Of a DNA stretch of 45,199 bases, positions 1-13,300 are shown piece after piece (position 1 is the stretch's first letter; the number at the start of each line of letters is the position of its first letter). The notes beneath the pieces are model-generated. The model saw only the letters and a program-made list of their open reading frames with translations. It was not told the origin of the DNA and did no database searches. Position numbers and translations under genes: made by a program. The DNA lies in the NCBI GenBank assembly GCA_026025075.1, contig JAPEUI010000029.1, positions 124,001-169,199 on the forward strand, given 5' to 3'. The DNA comes from Vezdaea acicularis. Lineage: Eukaryota.

Positions 1-1806
1 CTGAAAACCAAGGATAAGCTTCTTGAGCGTAGGTGTCCGCCGCATGAACAGCGTCAGCGAATGTCTGTGCAGTAGCAAGCTCTCTAGGCGGCATAAAAGG
101 GGCTTTCGTTTTAGCAGTAATATGACTGATTTTGCGTGTCTCACGAATGATATAAAGGGATTCCTTCTTCTCCATTGTGAGATAGTGCCCCGCCTGTGTT
201 GAAAGAACGTATTTCTCTTTCGCTACCTCAACCCAAGCAAGGGGGCTCAAGGCGCGTATATGTCTCTCGCCTGAAGTATCCTCGATCAGCTCGAACACGG
301 AATCATAATCCGTGAAGGTGACAGTGCTGCTAATGGATTTGGAATTCATCACTCGATTCTTTGATGTTGACGAGACCTGCTGCTGCCGCTCCTGCTCTGC
401 TTTTTTGCGTTCTAGGGCTTTCAAATCTCCAACCTTGGCTCCATCAACAAGTACTGACGGGTCTAATCCAAAAAGCGTCGGTATAGTAACAATGCCAGTC
501 TCCAGTGAAGCAACCATGTCAATGATATGGCAGTCCTTCTTCCCGGGGTACAAGCGCATCCCTCGGCCAATCATCTGTACGAGCAGGTTTCTTGACTTAG
601 TAGGGCGAGCAAGCAATACGCAGTCGATGTTTGGGATGTCTGTGCCTTCGGTAAACACTCCGCAGTTGATGATGACGGGGTATTCCCGCCTTTTAAAGGC
701 GTCAAGCCGTTGGCTCCGTTCTGCTTTTGGAGTGTCTCCCGTAACGAACCTTGCATCAAAGCCATGGTTGCGAAAAGCATTTGTCAGTCCTGCTACATGG
801 GCAAGATCTACACAAAACACGATTGTCGATTTCCGTTCACCAGCCCTAGATATCCATGCTCGAACAGTCAAGTCATTTGTCTGATCCGTGTTGATGGCCC
901 TTGAGAGATCAGAAGGGTTGAAATCTCCGTTCACGCCGTTCTTGACCGCTGAGATGTCCGCTTTTGATTGTACAGTAGTGAAGAGCACATCTGCGAGCCA
1001 CTTTTCTGATATCATATCCACATAATCCCTGAATAATCAGTTTAGAGAACGATTAGATGATCTGGATGATTTTACTTATGATAGACGATGTGATCTATTA
1101 CCACCCCAAGTTTGACACCATCAAATCGTGATAGGGTAGCGGATACGCCGACAAGTGCTGGCGAATTGCTAGAAGGTTTCAGCAAACCGAAATGATCAAG
1201 CGTTCGCATGTAACCAGGCGTGACTGCATGATGACACTCATCAATAAGGACCAGTTTGAATCTTGTCCTATCAAACTTCGCCAGTCGATCACCCGAATTG
1301 ATGCTCTGAATCGATGCTATTGTGATGTCGGCGAAGCCAGAGGCATGCAAGTTTCCCATTTCTATCTCAATGGTTTTATCGGGGTACACCCTGCTGCAGT
1401 GGCTTGCAGCTTGCTCGACAAGTTCCCGGCGATGAACGAGGATAAGTGTCTGGCTTGCATTTTGAACAGTGTGAGGTACTTGCTCAATCAGGTGCGTAAA
1501 GATGACCTATAAAGAGTCAGCTTGGTATAGTGTATAGTTCGACGAGCACCTCCTGACCGTCTTGCCACTGCCTGTAGCCAGCGATATGCCAAGCCTCCTC
1601 CTTCCTTTCTCTAGATTTGAAAGGACTGATTGGATACATTCCTCCTGATACTTCCGCAACCTGGTCTTTATTGCTTGGCTCGGCGGAGACCCGAGAGCGT
1701 TAGGGGAAACATGAGGTGTTGTTGCTAAAAATGCCAAGGACTGGCGAGCGAACTGCTTTCTGGGGCGAACAAGGGCGCAAGATAACTTTAGGGATGTAAA
1801 ATTCAT
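1..1806 (-). CDS. IRC3: Mitochondrial DEAD/H-box (SF2) ATP-dependent helicase Irc3; 3' end runs off the window
   Basis: Exons 1806-1558, 1506-1076, 1028-<1 (GT-AG introns 1557-1507, 1075-1029). Q-motif LRKYQEEC, Walker A ATGSGKT, DECHH, SAT. The antisense of 520-680 reads [39 protein letters not shown] (HelicC). Basic N-terminal presequence. Confidence 0.92.
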
Positions 1807-2508
1807 CCCATAGCACGAGGGAGACTTCAGTGCGTAGTCTCTTCAGCTTAGGGCTCAAAGCTAAGCCTCATTGAGCTTATGAATGAAGTGAAAGAGCGAA
1901 CTGACTGGCCTGTGTGGTTCAACGGATTGGAAGTTCATCGCTTAGCAGGCACCCCACCTATGACGGAACTCCTACTGGACAGTCCAGCAAACGTTCCCTA
2001 GAAGCAAGGCGTATGCACGGTGTGCACTTCGGTCAACTTAAGTCTTGTGAGCTTCGTCCCCAGACGTGAGAGAGAGCAATGACTTGAGAGTTCTTTCGAG
2101 TCGCTGGCGTGACGAGTCTGGATTTATATGAAGCTTGCCCTTCTGGTTCTCCCAATTGAAGTTCTAGCACAACCTATATCCACGACTTTCCTCCTCGAAA
2201 CCTTTAAGCCATATCATTCACTCTGCTTACCATAATTATTTCGAACATTCGCTCGCTATTGCGTCTGCCTTGCGATCGTTTTGGAGTACTGTATACGCCT
2301 TCAACTTACCCTGATGATATCACCTCGAGTAACGTCTGGATCGAGTGCTTCTATGCTTATCCTCCTTCGGCAGAGCTCTGGTTTACAAGGCTTGATACAT
2401 CTACGCTAAGAGTTACTATCCCACTATCCCTATCCGGACCCGGGCAGTTCAAGCTATCGGTTTTTTTGGAAGCAGGCATTACCAGTTGAGCCGCATGTTC
2501 TCCACACA

Positions 2509-4941
2509 ATGGCCAAATCACAACAGTTCAAGACAATGAACACCTGGATATATGACTCAATCTTATGGGCTTTCTCTATACTCGTTGACCTTTTCTTTAG
2601 GGAAGTTCACCCACGTGGATCATGGAAGATTCCAAGAAGGGGGCCTGTTTTGTTTGTCGCTGCGCCTCATGCTAATCAGGTAATTTCTTACGTATGCGTA
2701 TCTTTCAGAAGCACTGACACTGCTTAATAGTTTGTGGACTCTCTCATTATGATGCGCACAATATGGATCGAAGCTCACCGCCGAGTTTCTTTTCTCATCG
2801 CGGAGAAGTCAATGCGTCTCAGGTTCATTGGCCTAGTTGCCCGTTTGGTTGGATCAGTCTCAGTTGCAAGGGCTATGGACTCTACGAGGCCTGCGACAGG
2901 AAAGATTTACCTTCCTGACCCTCAAAATGATCCATCTTTAGTCAGAGGTATTGGGACAAAATTTGATAGTTCTGAGGTTCAAATTGGAGGCCTCCTAGTT
3001 CTCCCGGCAGTGAGTGGGAGCACAGCAAGCGGAGAAGTAGCAGAAGTACTCGGCCCTGAAGAATTAAGGCTCAAGAAGGTTTTCAAAGGAGCTATTGCCA
3101 TGAAACAGTTAACTGGCCGTGACGACATCGATGAGGATGGAAAGCTTGCCAACGGAAATGAATCTTTCCAACAGGGACCATCTCAAGGGTACCAAGGCTC
3201 GACGTTCAAGACTGCGCCAAAAATCGACCAGTCAAAGGTTTACGACACTGTGTTCCAGGCCTTGAACAGTGGGGGCTGCATTGGTATCTTCCCTGAGGGC
3301 GGAAGTCATGATAGAACTGAACTTCTTCCACTTAAGCGTACGTTCCCAGTCATCTCATTCAAACTATAATCGAGGACTGAAACTTGCTACAGCTGGAGTT
3401 GCAATTATGGCTCTTGGTGCGGTTGCAGCATCACCAGATTGTGACGTCAAAATTGTACCGTGTGGCATGAATTACTTCCATGCTCATAAATTTCGTTCAC
3501 GCGCTGTCATCGAGTTTGGTCACCCTTTAGAAGTGCCTCCGGAGCTAGTAGAGTTATACAAGAAGGGTGATAGGCGCGAAGCTGTCCGCCGTCTACTAGA
3601 AACAATATATCAAGCATTAGTCGCCGTTACAGTTACTAGTCCCGACTACGATACATTAATGGTAAGTTTCTTTCGATCAACATACATAGTCTTATTTACT
3701 GACTATACTTTCAACTCTAGCTTATCCAAGCGGCACGTCGTCTTTACAATCCTACTGGAAAGAAGCTACCCTTGCCAATGGTTGTCGAATTGAACAGACG
3801 GCTCGTCAAGGGCTATACTCAATACAAGGATGACCCTCGAATGGTGAGTCTTAAGGTATCCGTGAACGACTACAACAATCAGCTTCGCTTGCTTGGATTA
3901 CGAGACTATCAGGTTGAATACGCAAAATTTTCTATACCCAAAGTCGTGTTTACCTTAATATATAGAGTCGGAAAACTTTCCGTGATGGCTATTGGGACCT
4001 TGCCCGGCCTAGTATTATTTGCGCCAGTATTCATTGCAACCAAGATAATCTCGATTAGGAAGTCCCGCGAAGCACTTGCTGCTTCAAGCGTCAAGGTCCA
4101 GGGCCGGGATGTCATGGCAACATGGAAACTGCTGGTTGCCCTTGCTTTTGCTCCTCTTCTATATGCCTTTTACATCGTACTTCTTACCTGGTGGACGTAT
4201 CGAAACCGCGTGCAAGGTATAATTCCAGGTTGGGTGCCTCTATGGGCTGTGGTTGTATTTGGAATGGGATTCTTCCCTGCTATTACTTTTGCCGCCCTTC
4301 GCATAGGTGAGACGGGTATGGATATCCTCAAATCACTGCGTCCTCTCGTGCTATGTTTGAGACCAACAGCAGCCAATACTTTCGTTCGGCTGAGGGAGAA
4401 GCGGGCCCAGCTATCGACTGAAGTCACAGCTCTCATCAATACTCTAGGTCCGGAGATGTATCCTGACTTTGATTCAGCTCGAATAGTCGCCGATCCATTT
4501 CACGAAGAAACTTCGCCTTTAAGTGCTTCTTCGCGGCTTCCACGGGAAGCTGTTGATCATTCTGAAGGAGATGAAAGGTCTCATCGAGAAGAGCATGACA
4601 CAAAAGATGTACCATCTGCTCATGGTCATCTACCTCGAAATGAGTCCTTTGGAAATCTAGGGAGCATTGGCCTTTTTGCAACCCGCCCCCCAAGTCGTTC
4701 TAGAAGTCGAAGTAATTCAAGTGGGGGGTCTGTTGGGGCTGACGGATTCCCGTTGAAGGGATTTTCAAGTCTCGGCTCCAAAGCGGGATTTGACGAAGTT
4801 AGCCAGAAGATTAGGGGTGCCATGGTAGAAAGAGGAAAGTTGAGGAGCAAAAGACGTAGTGAAGTGGACAGTAGCTGGGACATGGCAGATGACAGCGATG
4901 CAGCTACGCATGCTTCGGAAGAAGGGAAAAAAACAATCTGA
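2509..4941 (+). CDS. SCT1: Glycerol-3-phosphate/DHAP O-acyltransferase (Sct1/Gpt2 family)
   Basis: Exons 2509-2679, 2731-3337, 3393-3661, 3721-4941. PlsC motifs APHANQFVD, IGIFPEGGSHD, IVPCGMNYF; C-terminal TM helices. Confidence 0.93.
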
Positions 4942-5715
4942 GGAGAATATCACTTCTCGATGTGGGCTTCATTCAAGGCGATCGTGGAGTTTTGGCTGTC
5001 TGTAGCGGGCACAGGTTTGGTATGGAATACCAGGAGGGTCATGGCCTTCACGTTAGGTGAAACGAGATACCTCAAACATGCTTAAGTCGATTTTGCAGCT
5101 GCGAGAATCCCACGCGGCACTGATCTGTTGATCGACTAAAGGCTGTCCAAGAGAACTCAGTAATTAACACACGTATAAAGTCGGCAACGTTTGCAATAGG
5201 TTTTGAGCAATACTACATGTATGGCTGTCGTCGCTCGCCGTATCTATTTAGCCCCATACGAACAACGATCTTAACCTGATAATTGAACGTAACATCTATT
5301 TGCCCGCTTTAATAGCTTGATAACCACTAAAGTGTGTCTTCGTCTTGATTCGATACGTTATCACCTCGATCGCTCGAAAAGATCACCAATCTTCAAACCC
5401 TCGAAACCACCCTGATCAAGGCCTACAACCGCTCCTTATAAGGAACTCAAACCCCAACCAAGGGCGACTTCATTCCCAAATGGCTTATTGAACCTTGGCT
5501 TCTGGCTCTGCATCCGCCTGATGTAACTCCATTTGGTCGCCCCTATTGCCCTCTTGTTGCTGTCAGTCTATAATGCGTAGTAGTAAAGGGCAAACGTCCA
5601 CAACGTTCTTCACAACATTCGAACGTAAAAGCATATGCAGGGACAAAGGCAGGCTGCCAGCACTCGACAATTTGAAGTGTTCGAATGAGTCGTTGAATAC
5701 ATAGAAGCGCGTGAA

Positions 5716-8210
5716 ATGTCTGATATTGAAGAAGGCGAATACACAGGTCATGATGGGCAGCTGCAGACATACGGAGGAATGAACGTCTCTCACAATTTAC
5801 CTGTCGCATCATATTTTCAAGATATACCCTTTCAGCTCCCAAGTTTGCAAGGCAGAATGGATTGGCAACAACCAGAGATGTCTGCATATGATGGCTTCAG
5901 TGCTCCTAGTGTTCCTACTCGTAACGGAAGGCCCTTCATACCTCCAAATCCGCACGATATCCTCCACTACGATGAAATGTCTACAGGCAGGCAAAACACA
6001 GTCGGCGGTAGACAATCTGCTACTTTACAGACTGAGATGGCTAGTAGCTATCTGACCAAGCAAGGTAATCTTGAGCAGCGCTCACCTCACCTCAAGAATC
6101 CCAAGGTAAGTTCCCTACGTTGCTGCTCGTTTTACAGCGATTTAGAATCAAACAACAGGGCGATCAAACTCGTACACTCCACAATATCGACTATTCTCCG
6201 AGCCTAGAAACAAGCCATAGGAGAGGCTCGTTGTCTCAGTCGGCCTCTCACACGCCAAGTAGTAACCGCGTCGCAAGAAGTCAAGCTGAAGTCTCAGCTC
6301 ATACCGCTGCTGATCTGAAAGCGAAGCTAATTGCCCAGAAGAAATTCAGGGCGGCGAACTCGCTGAGCCCTGCTTCTGCTTTGCCGACAAGTTCAAAAGC
6401 TGCTTCAACAAAGAAGAATGATTACACCCCGCCGCAACCAATTGTGCATCAAACTCAACAAGCTACCGAGACGGACATAGACACTTTGTTTGCAGAGGCA
6501 CAAGCGGTTGTGGACGTCACTAAGAAGCATGACCTTAAGGAGGCACAGAGAACGGGGAACCAATTCAATAAATCAATTGCAACGGACAGGCCTTCCGCTG
6601 GATTACGTGATAATATCAATATGCCCCGGGAACCCCTAGGGACAAGTCAGTCTGTCCAACTCTCATCACCACGTCAACCCGCCGCTCATTTGAGTTCAAA
6701 TGGTCACAAAGAGACACCTGAGCCTGGAGAAATCCAAGAAGATGAAGCCCCTCCTAGCTTACGCAATGTAAATCGGCATGACTCAGTGGGGCGTTCTGAT
6801 GTAACGAAGATGCAACAGACGATACCACCAATCAAGGATGACAAGATGGCTAACCGGAAGGATTTGAAGGCAGGAAGTAGTAACAACACCATCAAACAGT
6901 CGCGCCTAGCAAGCAATCCGAAGTTGATTCCAAGCAGCCAGACTGAGTCTGCTGTTGCGACTACTCCTAGCCTTGTGCAGAAAGACTCAAGCAAGCCTTC
7001 TACGCATGATATTTCAGTACGCTTAGCCTCGGTTGAGTCTCCCTTACAGAAAAGCTCGCAGGCTTCAGAGCAAATTGGGCATTCATCTCAGCGTAACGAC
7101 TCAGGCGCCAATCGAGATGAGAACCGTCCTGATCACGATCGCCCAGGCTTAAGCAACAGCAACGCCTTAGGAATTGACATTACTGATTTGACGGACGGCT
7201 CGCCACGCCTTAAAGACGTGCAGTCCTGGGATCAGGTGACAGACTTGGCCGACTGGCTCGAGATTACAGGATATCATGACATCGATTACCGCAAGAGAAC
7301 TCTAAGGCGCCATCAAGATATGCTTGAACTTGATGCTTTGAGAGCGAGGCTAGTGCGAGAAGCGCAAGAAGATAATGAAGGGAGGATGCTCCGCAACCAA
7401 ATGGCGGTTACAAGCACGATTGCAGATGCCACGTTACGTCCTGCCTCTGTGCATAGGCTGGTTCGATCTTCTTCGGCCCTCTTCATGCCCCCTTTGACTA
7501 AGCCTACTAATGACGCGAAATCCGTCCTTCCTACCTCCGAGATCAAAGCCATGGATCCTAATAGCCTAAAGCGAAGGCATTCATCGAATAACACCGACGC
7601 ATCTCTGCTAAGCTTGGCTACTAAAATTGTACGGAGGGAATCGGAAAGAGATGGTGAATCTCTTGGCAGTGAATCGGACTTTCAATTATCAAGACTGAAA
7701 ACGAGACTCGAAAGTCATAGCATAGAAGATACCCCTCAGACCAAAGAAATCCAACCAAGCAGGATCGAAGATTCCCACGACCAACCAACACTTTCGCGAG
7801 AAAAGGGCGGGCACGTAGAGAAGTCCAATGTCCATGATGAGCGGCGTGAATATGAGAGCTTTAAGCCCGATTACAACTCTCCACGGGAGTATGCGAGTCC
7901 TCGTGACCCTGGAAAATCCTTTAGGAGACCGAGTTTATATAGCAAAGAGATGTCGCCAAGGCGTGGATCGTACGATGAACACGCTACTCCTCCAGGGTTT
8001 TCCTCCCAAATTCATCGAGGAGACGATATCGATCGTCCACGTTATGCGAACGAAGAGAGTAGAAATAGCTACTACCCCAGCCAAGGTTTTGAGGATAATG
8101 GTAGGTATGGCTCTGGCAGAGGGCGAGGTCGTGGTCGGGGGAAGTCCTGGAATCGAGGTGGAAATGATCGCTCTTCAGGACGACCGTATCCTCCGAAAAC
8201 CGAAAGATAG
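5716..8210 (+). CDS. Uncharacterised, largely disordered protein with a conserved DWLEITGYHD helix and an RG-rich tail (resembles the N-terminal part of fungal YTH-domain proteins)
   Basis: Exons 5716-6105 and 6159-8210 (intron GTAAGT...CAACAG, phase 0, frame-preserving). ~2 kb open exon, S/R/D/E-rich, RGRGRGRG near the C-terminus. Confidence 0.7.
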
Positions 8211-9390
8211 TCCACCGGTCGTGTCATTCAGGTTCAATAAAGCGGTCAGTAAATAGACTCTCATCATCATTCTCATTATTTGAATCTCCCTCGAAGCTCT
8301 TCAGGAACTGGGATGGTCACGAGAGAGCAAAACTTGACGTAAGTAGCATATTGTAACATAACAATATTATCCACACAGGTCTGAAAATGAGGTCAGTGCC
8401 CGGGTATCGGCGAATACCTCGAAGGACAACTAAGCGTCCTTTATACATTTGAAAAACTACTTCAACCTTTCTCCGCAGTTCTTCACCTGAGTTGGCGGCC
8501 ACAGTCCGTATGTCCTCTCACATCAAAAGTGAGCCTGTCGCAATTGAGTTAGGTCATCTTCTCTGAGACAGAAAACTCTAATATCTATCATTAAAAGTCG
8601 AAAACGGCTATATTTGAACGCTGATCTCAGGTTCAGTCGATTCAACAACTTTTCCGGGAGATTCATAATCATTAGGCGGGCCCGTCTTAAATAGAAAAAA
8701 GATGTATCCGAGCAGCGCATATTGAGATAGGTGCTTCCTGAATATACCCTCAAAGTTTGGATTCATCGCAACAAGAGGCCTCACACGCTAATTGTTTCTA
8801 ACCTCAACCCACATAGCTGTAGCTTGATAAATTAGATTTGCAACAGAATAAAAGATTTTACAAACATATCAATTGATCTCAAATTATTCGTCTGATTACA
8901 CCTACATGAGATTCAGGAAGCGGCCTACTACGCTGAAATCTGCATTGGAGGGCATGGGCTGTAGCCACGGCAGCGAAGCCGCTTCAAGCTTCAAGCGCTG
9001 TCTACCCAAACCCTTCTGCACACAACATCGTTCTCGAATGTTGTGAACTGAACATGTTCTGTAAGGCCAGCGCATCTCATGGCGCCTTTGCGTATTCTGA
9101 ATCCGCAAGAAATTCACTCGGGAGCCGCACTTTTGCAGGTCTGAGCTAAGCTTGGTTCAAAGCCCGCAAACTGGTGCTCTGGGGCGATTGCTCGTGCCAG
9201 ACAGGAAACGACCCAGTTACGCGCAGCCCAACTAAGTTAAGTTTGCAAGGATCCTTGCAGTCCCTAGAGCGTTGTGATCGCCCTTTGACCCGCTAGAACT
9301 CGTCCAGTACTTAGGCCGATACAGATTTACCATTGAGATTCCCTGAAGTACGTCAGGGCTTGCTGTATTTCGAATATTAACGTGCCAGTC

Positions 9391-10411
9391 ATGTCATTGA
9401 AGTAAGTATCTTTTTGCAGTCGTCAGTACTTTTCCGACTCCAAATATCATAGAAGAGGTCCCTCTTATAAGAAGGCAAGAAACCTCCATACGCTAAGGCC
9501 TCATTTACAATTTTGCGCAATGTTCTCCTGGCGATTGTGCTCCTAAATTCACTGATAAATTATTTTTCCGTCTTTCACAGCTGGGTAATGCTCTCCGCAA
9601 CAGGAGAGTTCGTCAGACTACCGAATGAGCGGATCATATATTCCTCTCCATTGAGGACATCAATCTCACTATCAACCGCGAATACATACCCTGGCGCTGA
9701 GCCACTCTCCTTGAGTAGCAGCTCGGGCTGTGTTCATCTAACGAACCTTCGTGTAAGGAAAACCTAATACTTCCCAAATGGTAGAAAAGAGAACTGATTC
9801 TCTACAACTAGGTCATCTATGTAGCTGCCAATCGACCAGCAGCCCTTGAATCATTCTCGGCACCTGTACTTAATTTTCATGACACGCATGTCTCAGCACC
9901 CTTCTTTGGACCAAACGTCTGGACTGCAGCCGTTCAACCCATCGCTGGCGGTGGCATATCGTCCAAACATGCTCTAGTACAAGTCAGAATGATCTTCAAA
10001 GATGGAGGCGCCTATGATTTTCATCAGAATTACGAAAGAGTGAAGGAGGTCCACCACCAAGCCGTAGAAACTGCGCAGCAACGAGGCGGGGGTGTAGAGG
10101 TTTCTGCGGGCAGAGGAGGTGGGGCGCTAACTAGTTTGAATTTGGCAAATATCAACCTAGAGCAACTACCGGCCTACGAAGACTCGCACTCTGCCCCATT
10201 AGTGAATACGGCCACGTCCGCACCGTTGTCACCGATATCGCCTCCACTATCAACACTCCGAGATAGCGGCATAGTTGTTGGCTCAGAGGACGAGCGGATT
10301 AGAACTCCACCTCCAGAAATCAGACCAACAGAGCCACCCCCAGGGTACGAGGAAGTCCAACGTGAGAGCGTAGCAACAGATTTGGAAAGGCGCCTAAGAA
10401 ACTCGTTATAA
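9391..10411 (+). CDS. WBP2-like / UPF0664 PH-GRAM protein with PPxY motif
   Basis: Exons 9391-9401 (micro-exon), 9581-9752, 9812-10411. Spliced MSLNWVML...GCVHLTNLRVIY...APFFGPNVW...IFKDGGAYDF; LPAY and PPPGY motifs. Confidence 0.85.
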
Positions 10412-10959
10412 AGTTCGAATACTATAATATTTATGAAAGTACAAATCACGGCGCTGACTGGACAATGGTGTTTAAGGGGCGTAGGAATGCTGCAATGGGA
10501 ACGTCCGAAATACTTTAGGCACGCTACTGATGTGGCGGGCTATTTTTTGATTCATAGAGGACAGCCTCCATGGACTAACCCTTTAAATCCCAATAAGGCA
10601 ATTTCTAATAAATTTCAAAATAAATTTCATCCTTAACTTATACCTTGCCTGCTTGCATTTCCTTCAAAGGCTCGTTGTTGAGACATTAGCGAAGGTCTCC
10701 GTTGCTATACTGTAAAAAAAGCTTAGACGTTGTAGCGTGTCGACCGACGTCATAAAAGCAAACCTCGAATTCGTTGGCCAATTGAGCACGTAGCCATGAA
10801 GCTTTCGTTTGCCTTATTTGTTGTAACTTCATAGTCCTCACGTTAGGAGAAAGAAGGAGGCCGCTGAGCGCGCATGTGGTCATCTACCATTATTCTCTAA
10901 TTGTTGGTTGCGCACTATCAGGACAGTTCACAATTGTTTCCACAAATTATACCTCAATC

Positions 10960-12773
10960 ATGGTATGCCCTACAAGGATGGGCGGTTAGGAAATTTTGCT
11001 AATCTCCTCATCGGCTTCACTCTTGCGTCAAATCGTTGCTGGTCCACGTGCGCGCCATCCAGAGGCCGGCCTCGACCTCTGCTACGTCACGGAAGACGGT
11101 AAAGACACCATCAAGCAGCTCCTATTAACCCCCATATTTACTTTGACGCAGTCATCGCGACATCCGGACCGTCCAACACCTATCCGCAGCTTGCCTATCG
11201 TAATCCCCTGAATGAGCTAGTCAAGTTTCTTGATTCCAAGCATAAGGAAGAATGGCAGATATGGGAGTTCCGAGCAGAAGGGACTGGCTACCCGGATGAA
11301 GAGGTTTACGGACGGATACGGCACTATCCTTTCCCGGACCATCATCCACCACCATTCGCGATTGTACCTAAAGTCATGGCAGATATGCGCAACTGGATGC
11401 TCGCCGGCAATGGTCGTGTCATCGTGGTACATTGTAAGGCAGGAAAGGGAAGATCCGGGACCATGGCGTGCTCGTATCTGGTCTCCGAATGCGACTGGAA
11501 GCTTTCTGATGCTCTCGCTCGCTTCACAGAACGGCGCATGCGTCCTGGGTTTGGGCAAGGAATTTCTATACCTAGTCAGCTACGATATCTTTACTACGTT
11601 GACCGTTGGGTGCAGCATGGTAAACTCTATGTGGAAAGGCAGGTAGAAATTTTAGAGGTACGCACGTGGGGGCTGAGGGACGGCGTCAAGGTCGCGATCG
11701 AGAGCTATGTGGACGATGGCAAGCTCATCAAGTCTTTTCATATATTCAGTCGGGATGAGCGAATTATATTAGACGACAAGGAGGTTCAGAAAGACGAGAC
11801 AGCCTCAGCGGCAAGCTTAGACAATCAGAAGAAGGTAACCGCATTGAATTTCCAAGAAGGGCATGATTCTGTAGAGAACGGCGGACAGATACCAAAATCC
11901 AACACGACAAGCGATGTCAAAGACAAACATGGACCGTTCGTCCCGCCGCCAGACGAGACTCATACAGGAGAAGAGCGAGGTGGTACCGCGGTCATTTTTA
12001 GACCAAAGCGTCCAGTCATCATACCAACAAACGATATAAATATTGACTTTGAACGACGGAACAAAGCCGGATATGGATGGAGCATGGTCACATCCGTTGC
12101 GCATGTCTGGTTCAACTCGTTTTTCGAAGGCAACGGTCCAGAAAACGAAGGTCAAGCTGCAGAGTCAGGAGTTTTTGAGATTGATTGGGATAAGATGGAC
12201 GGGATCAAAGGTAGTATCCAGAAGGGTACTCGAGCGCTTGATAAAGTCGCCGTTGTCTGGCGTATCTACAAAGGAGCCAAGCCAGAGGTCATCAGAGAGC
12301 CTCAGAAGGGCGAGGCTGTTTCACAGATGAAGCCTGCGGACTGGAAGGGTATCGAAAACCCGAGTAAAGACCTAGGCTTAAGATCAGAGACTCCACGCAG
12401 TGCTAACGTGAGCAAAGCGAGTAGTGTGCATAGCGCACATGAAGACGAGGAGGATAAGGACGCTGAGGGCGTCAAGGCAGAGCTGTCACCTGCAGATCGT
12501 GAAAGACCAGCGGACCAAATAGCATCTCGGACAACAGTTGATACGCCAAACCCCAGCGCAGTTGAAGCCACAGAAAGCCTAGATGCAGCAGATTACACAT
12601 CGCCTGCATTCAAAACAGATGCTGAGAGTTCTAGTGTGGCTGGCATTATCCAAGGAGCGCAACATGTAGCAACGGGTGATCTTCCTGGAGGAAAACCAGA
12701 GAATGAGATGAAAGATGCGCATCAGAACGTTCCTGGTCATCTAGAAAAGATAAAAAATGCTTTCTCTAAATAA
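10960..12773 (+). CDS. TEP1: PTEN-family phosphatidylinositol-3,4,5-trisphosphate 3-phosphatase
   Basis: Probable exons 10960-10962 (ATG), 11014-11098, 11152-12773. ASLLRQIVAGPR, LDLCYVT, YRNP, FPDHHPP, catalytic HCKAGKGR, GISIPSQLRY, C2-like HVWFNSFFEG. The first acceptor is non-canonical (see findings), so the start is uncertain. Confidence 0.9.
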
Positions 12774-13212
12774 TCAAATTATTGGAAGCCTGCTTGCAGA
12801 TTTTGGGGTTTGGTATTTGGCATGTAGAGATTATGCATTAGCATCGGCGCGGAGTAATTGCTTCATGACTCAGAAGTATCATAGTTCAACAAGGAGTAAA
12901 ATATGGTCAATTCACCAATACATTATACTATGTCAGGATATATCGTCGTCAAGAATTATCCACTGCACCATTCAAGGTCTGTAATAGCCCAGTCAGAAAA
13001 AGGGCGAGGGACCATGGTGGGAGATGGCTGCTCATAAGCTAACAACTAAATTAAGACTTTAACCAATCTTATCAAAAGGAATCCAAATTAATCTTGATAT
13101 TATCTGGGCCATACCGATCAATTCGTTCGAGTGTCCAGAAGATTATAGATGTTCACTCATATCATGGCCTGAGATTCGTTGCTCGGAAATGGACAGAGCC
13201 TTGCTGACTAAT

Positions 13213-13218
13213 ACGCGT
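13213..13218. promoter_or_regulatory. MCB-like element (ACGCGT) upstream of ASK1
   Basis: ACGCGT ~85 bp before the ATG, plus ACGCGA at ~13236. Confidence 0.35.
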
Positions 13219-13300
13219 CAAGCAAAGAGATGCAAACGCGATAACCCCACCGAGGGCAAACAAACCCAAAGCGCTGGTTCCTCACATGCGTCATTGAGAT

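Noticed and set aside
312..884. 190-aa plus-strand ORF and the many other antisense ORFs over MCM3, MRPL3, SRV2, MNN2 etc.
   Set aside because: Shadows of real genes on the opposite strand or frame; no motifs of their own.
9402..9580. snoRNA or nested intron in the unusually long (179-nt) first intron of the WBP2-like gene
   Set aside because: No C/D boxes, no convincing two-hairpin H/ACA fold, and the internal AG is too close to the donor for a stwintron.
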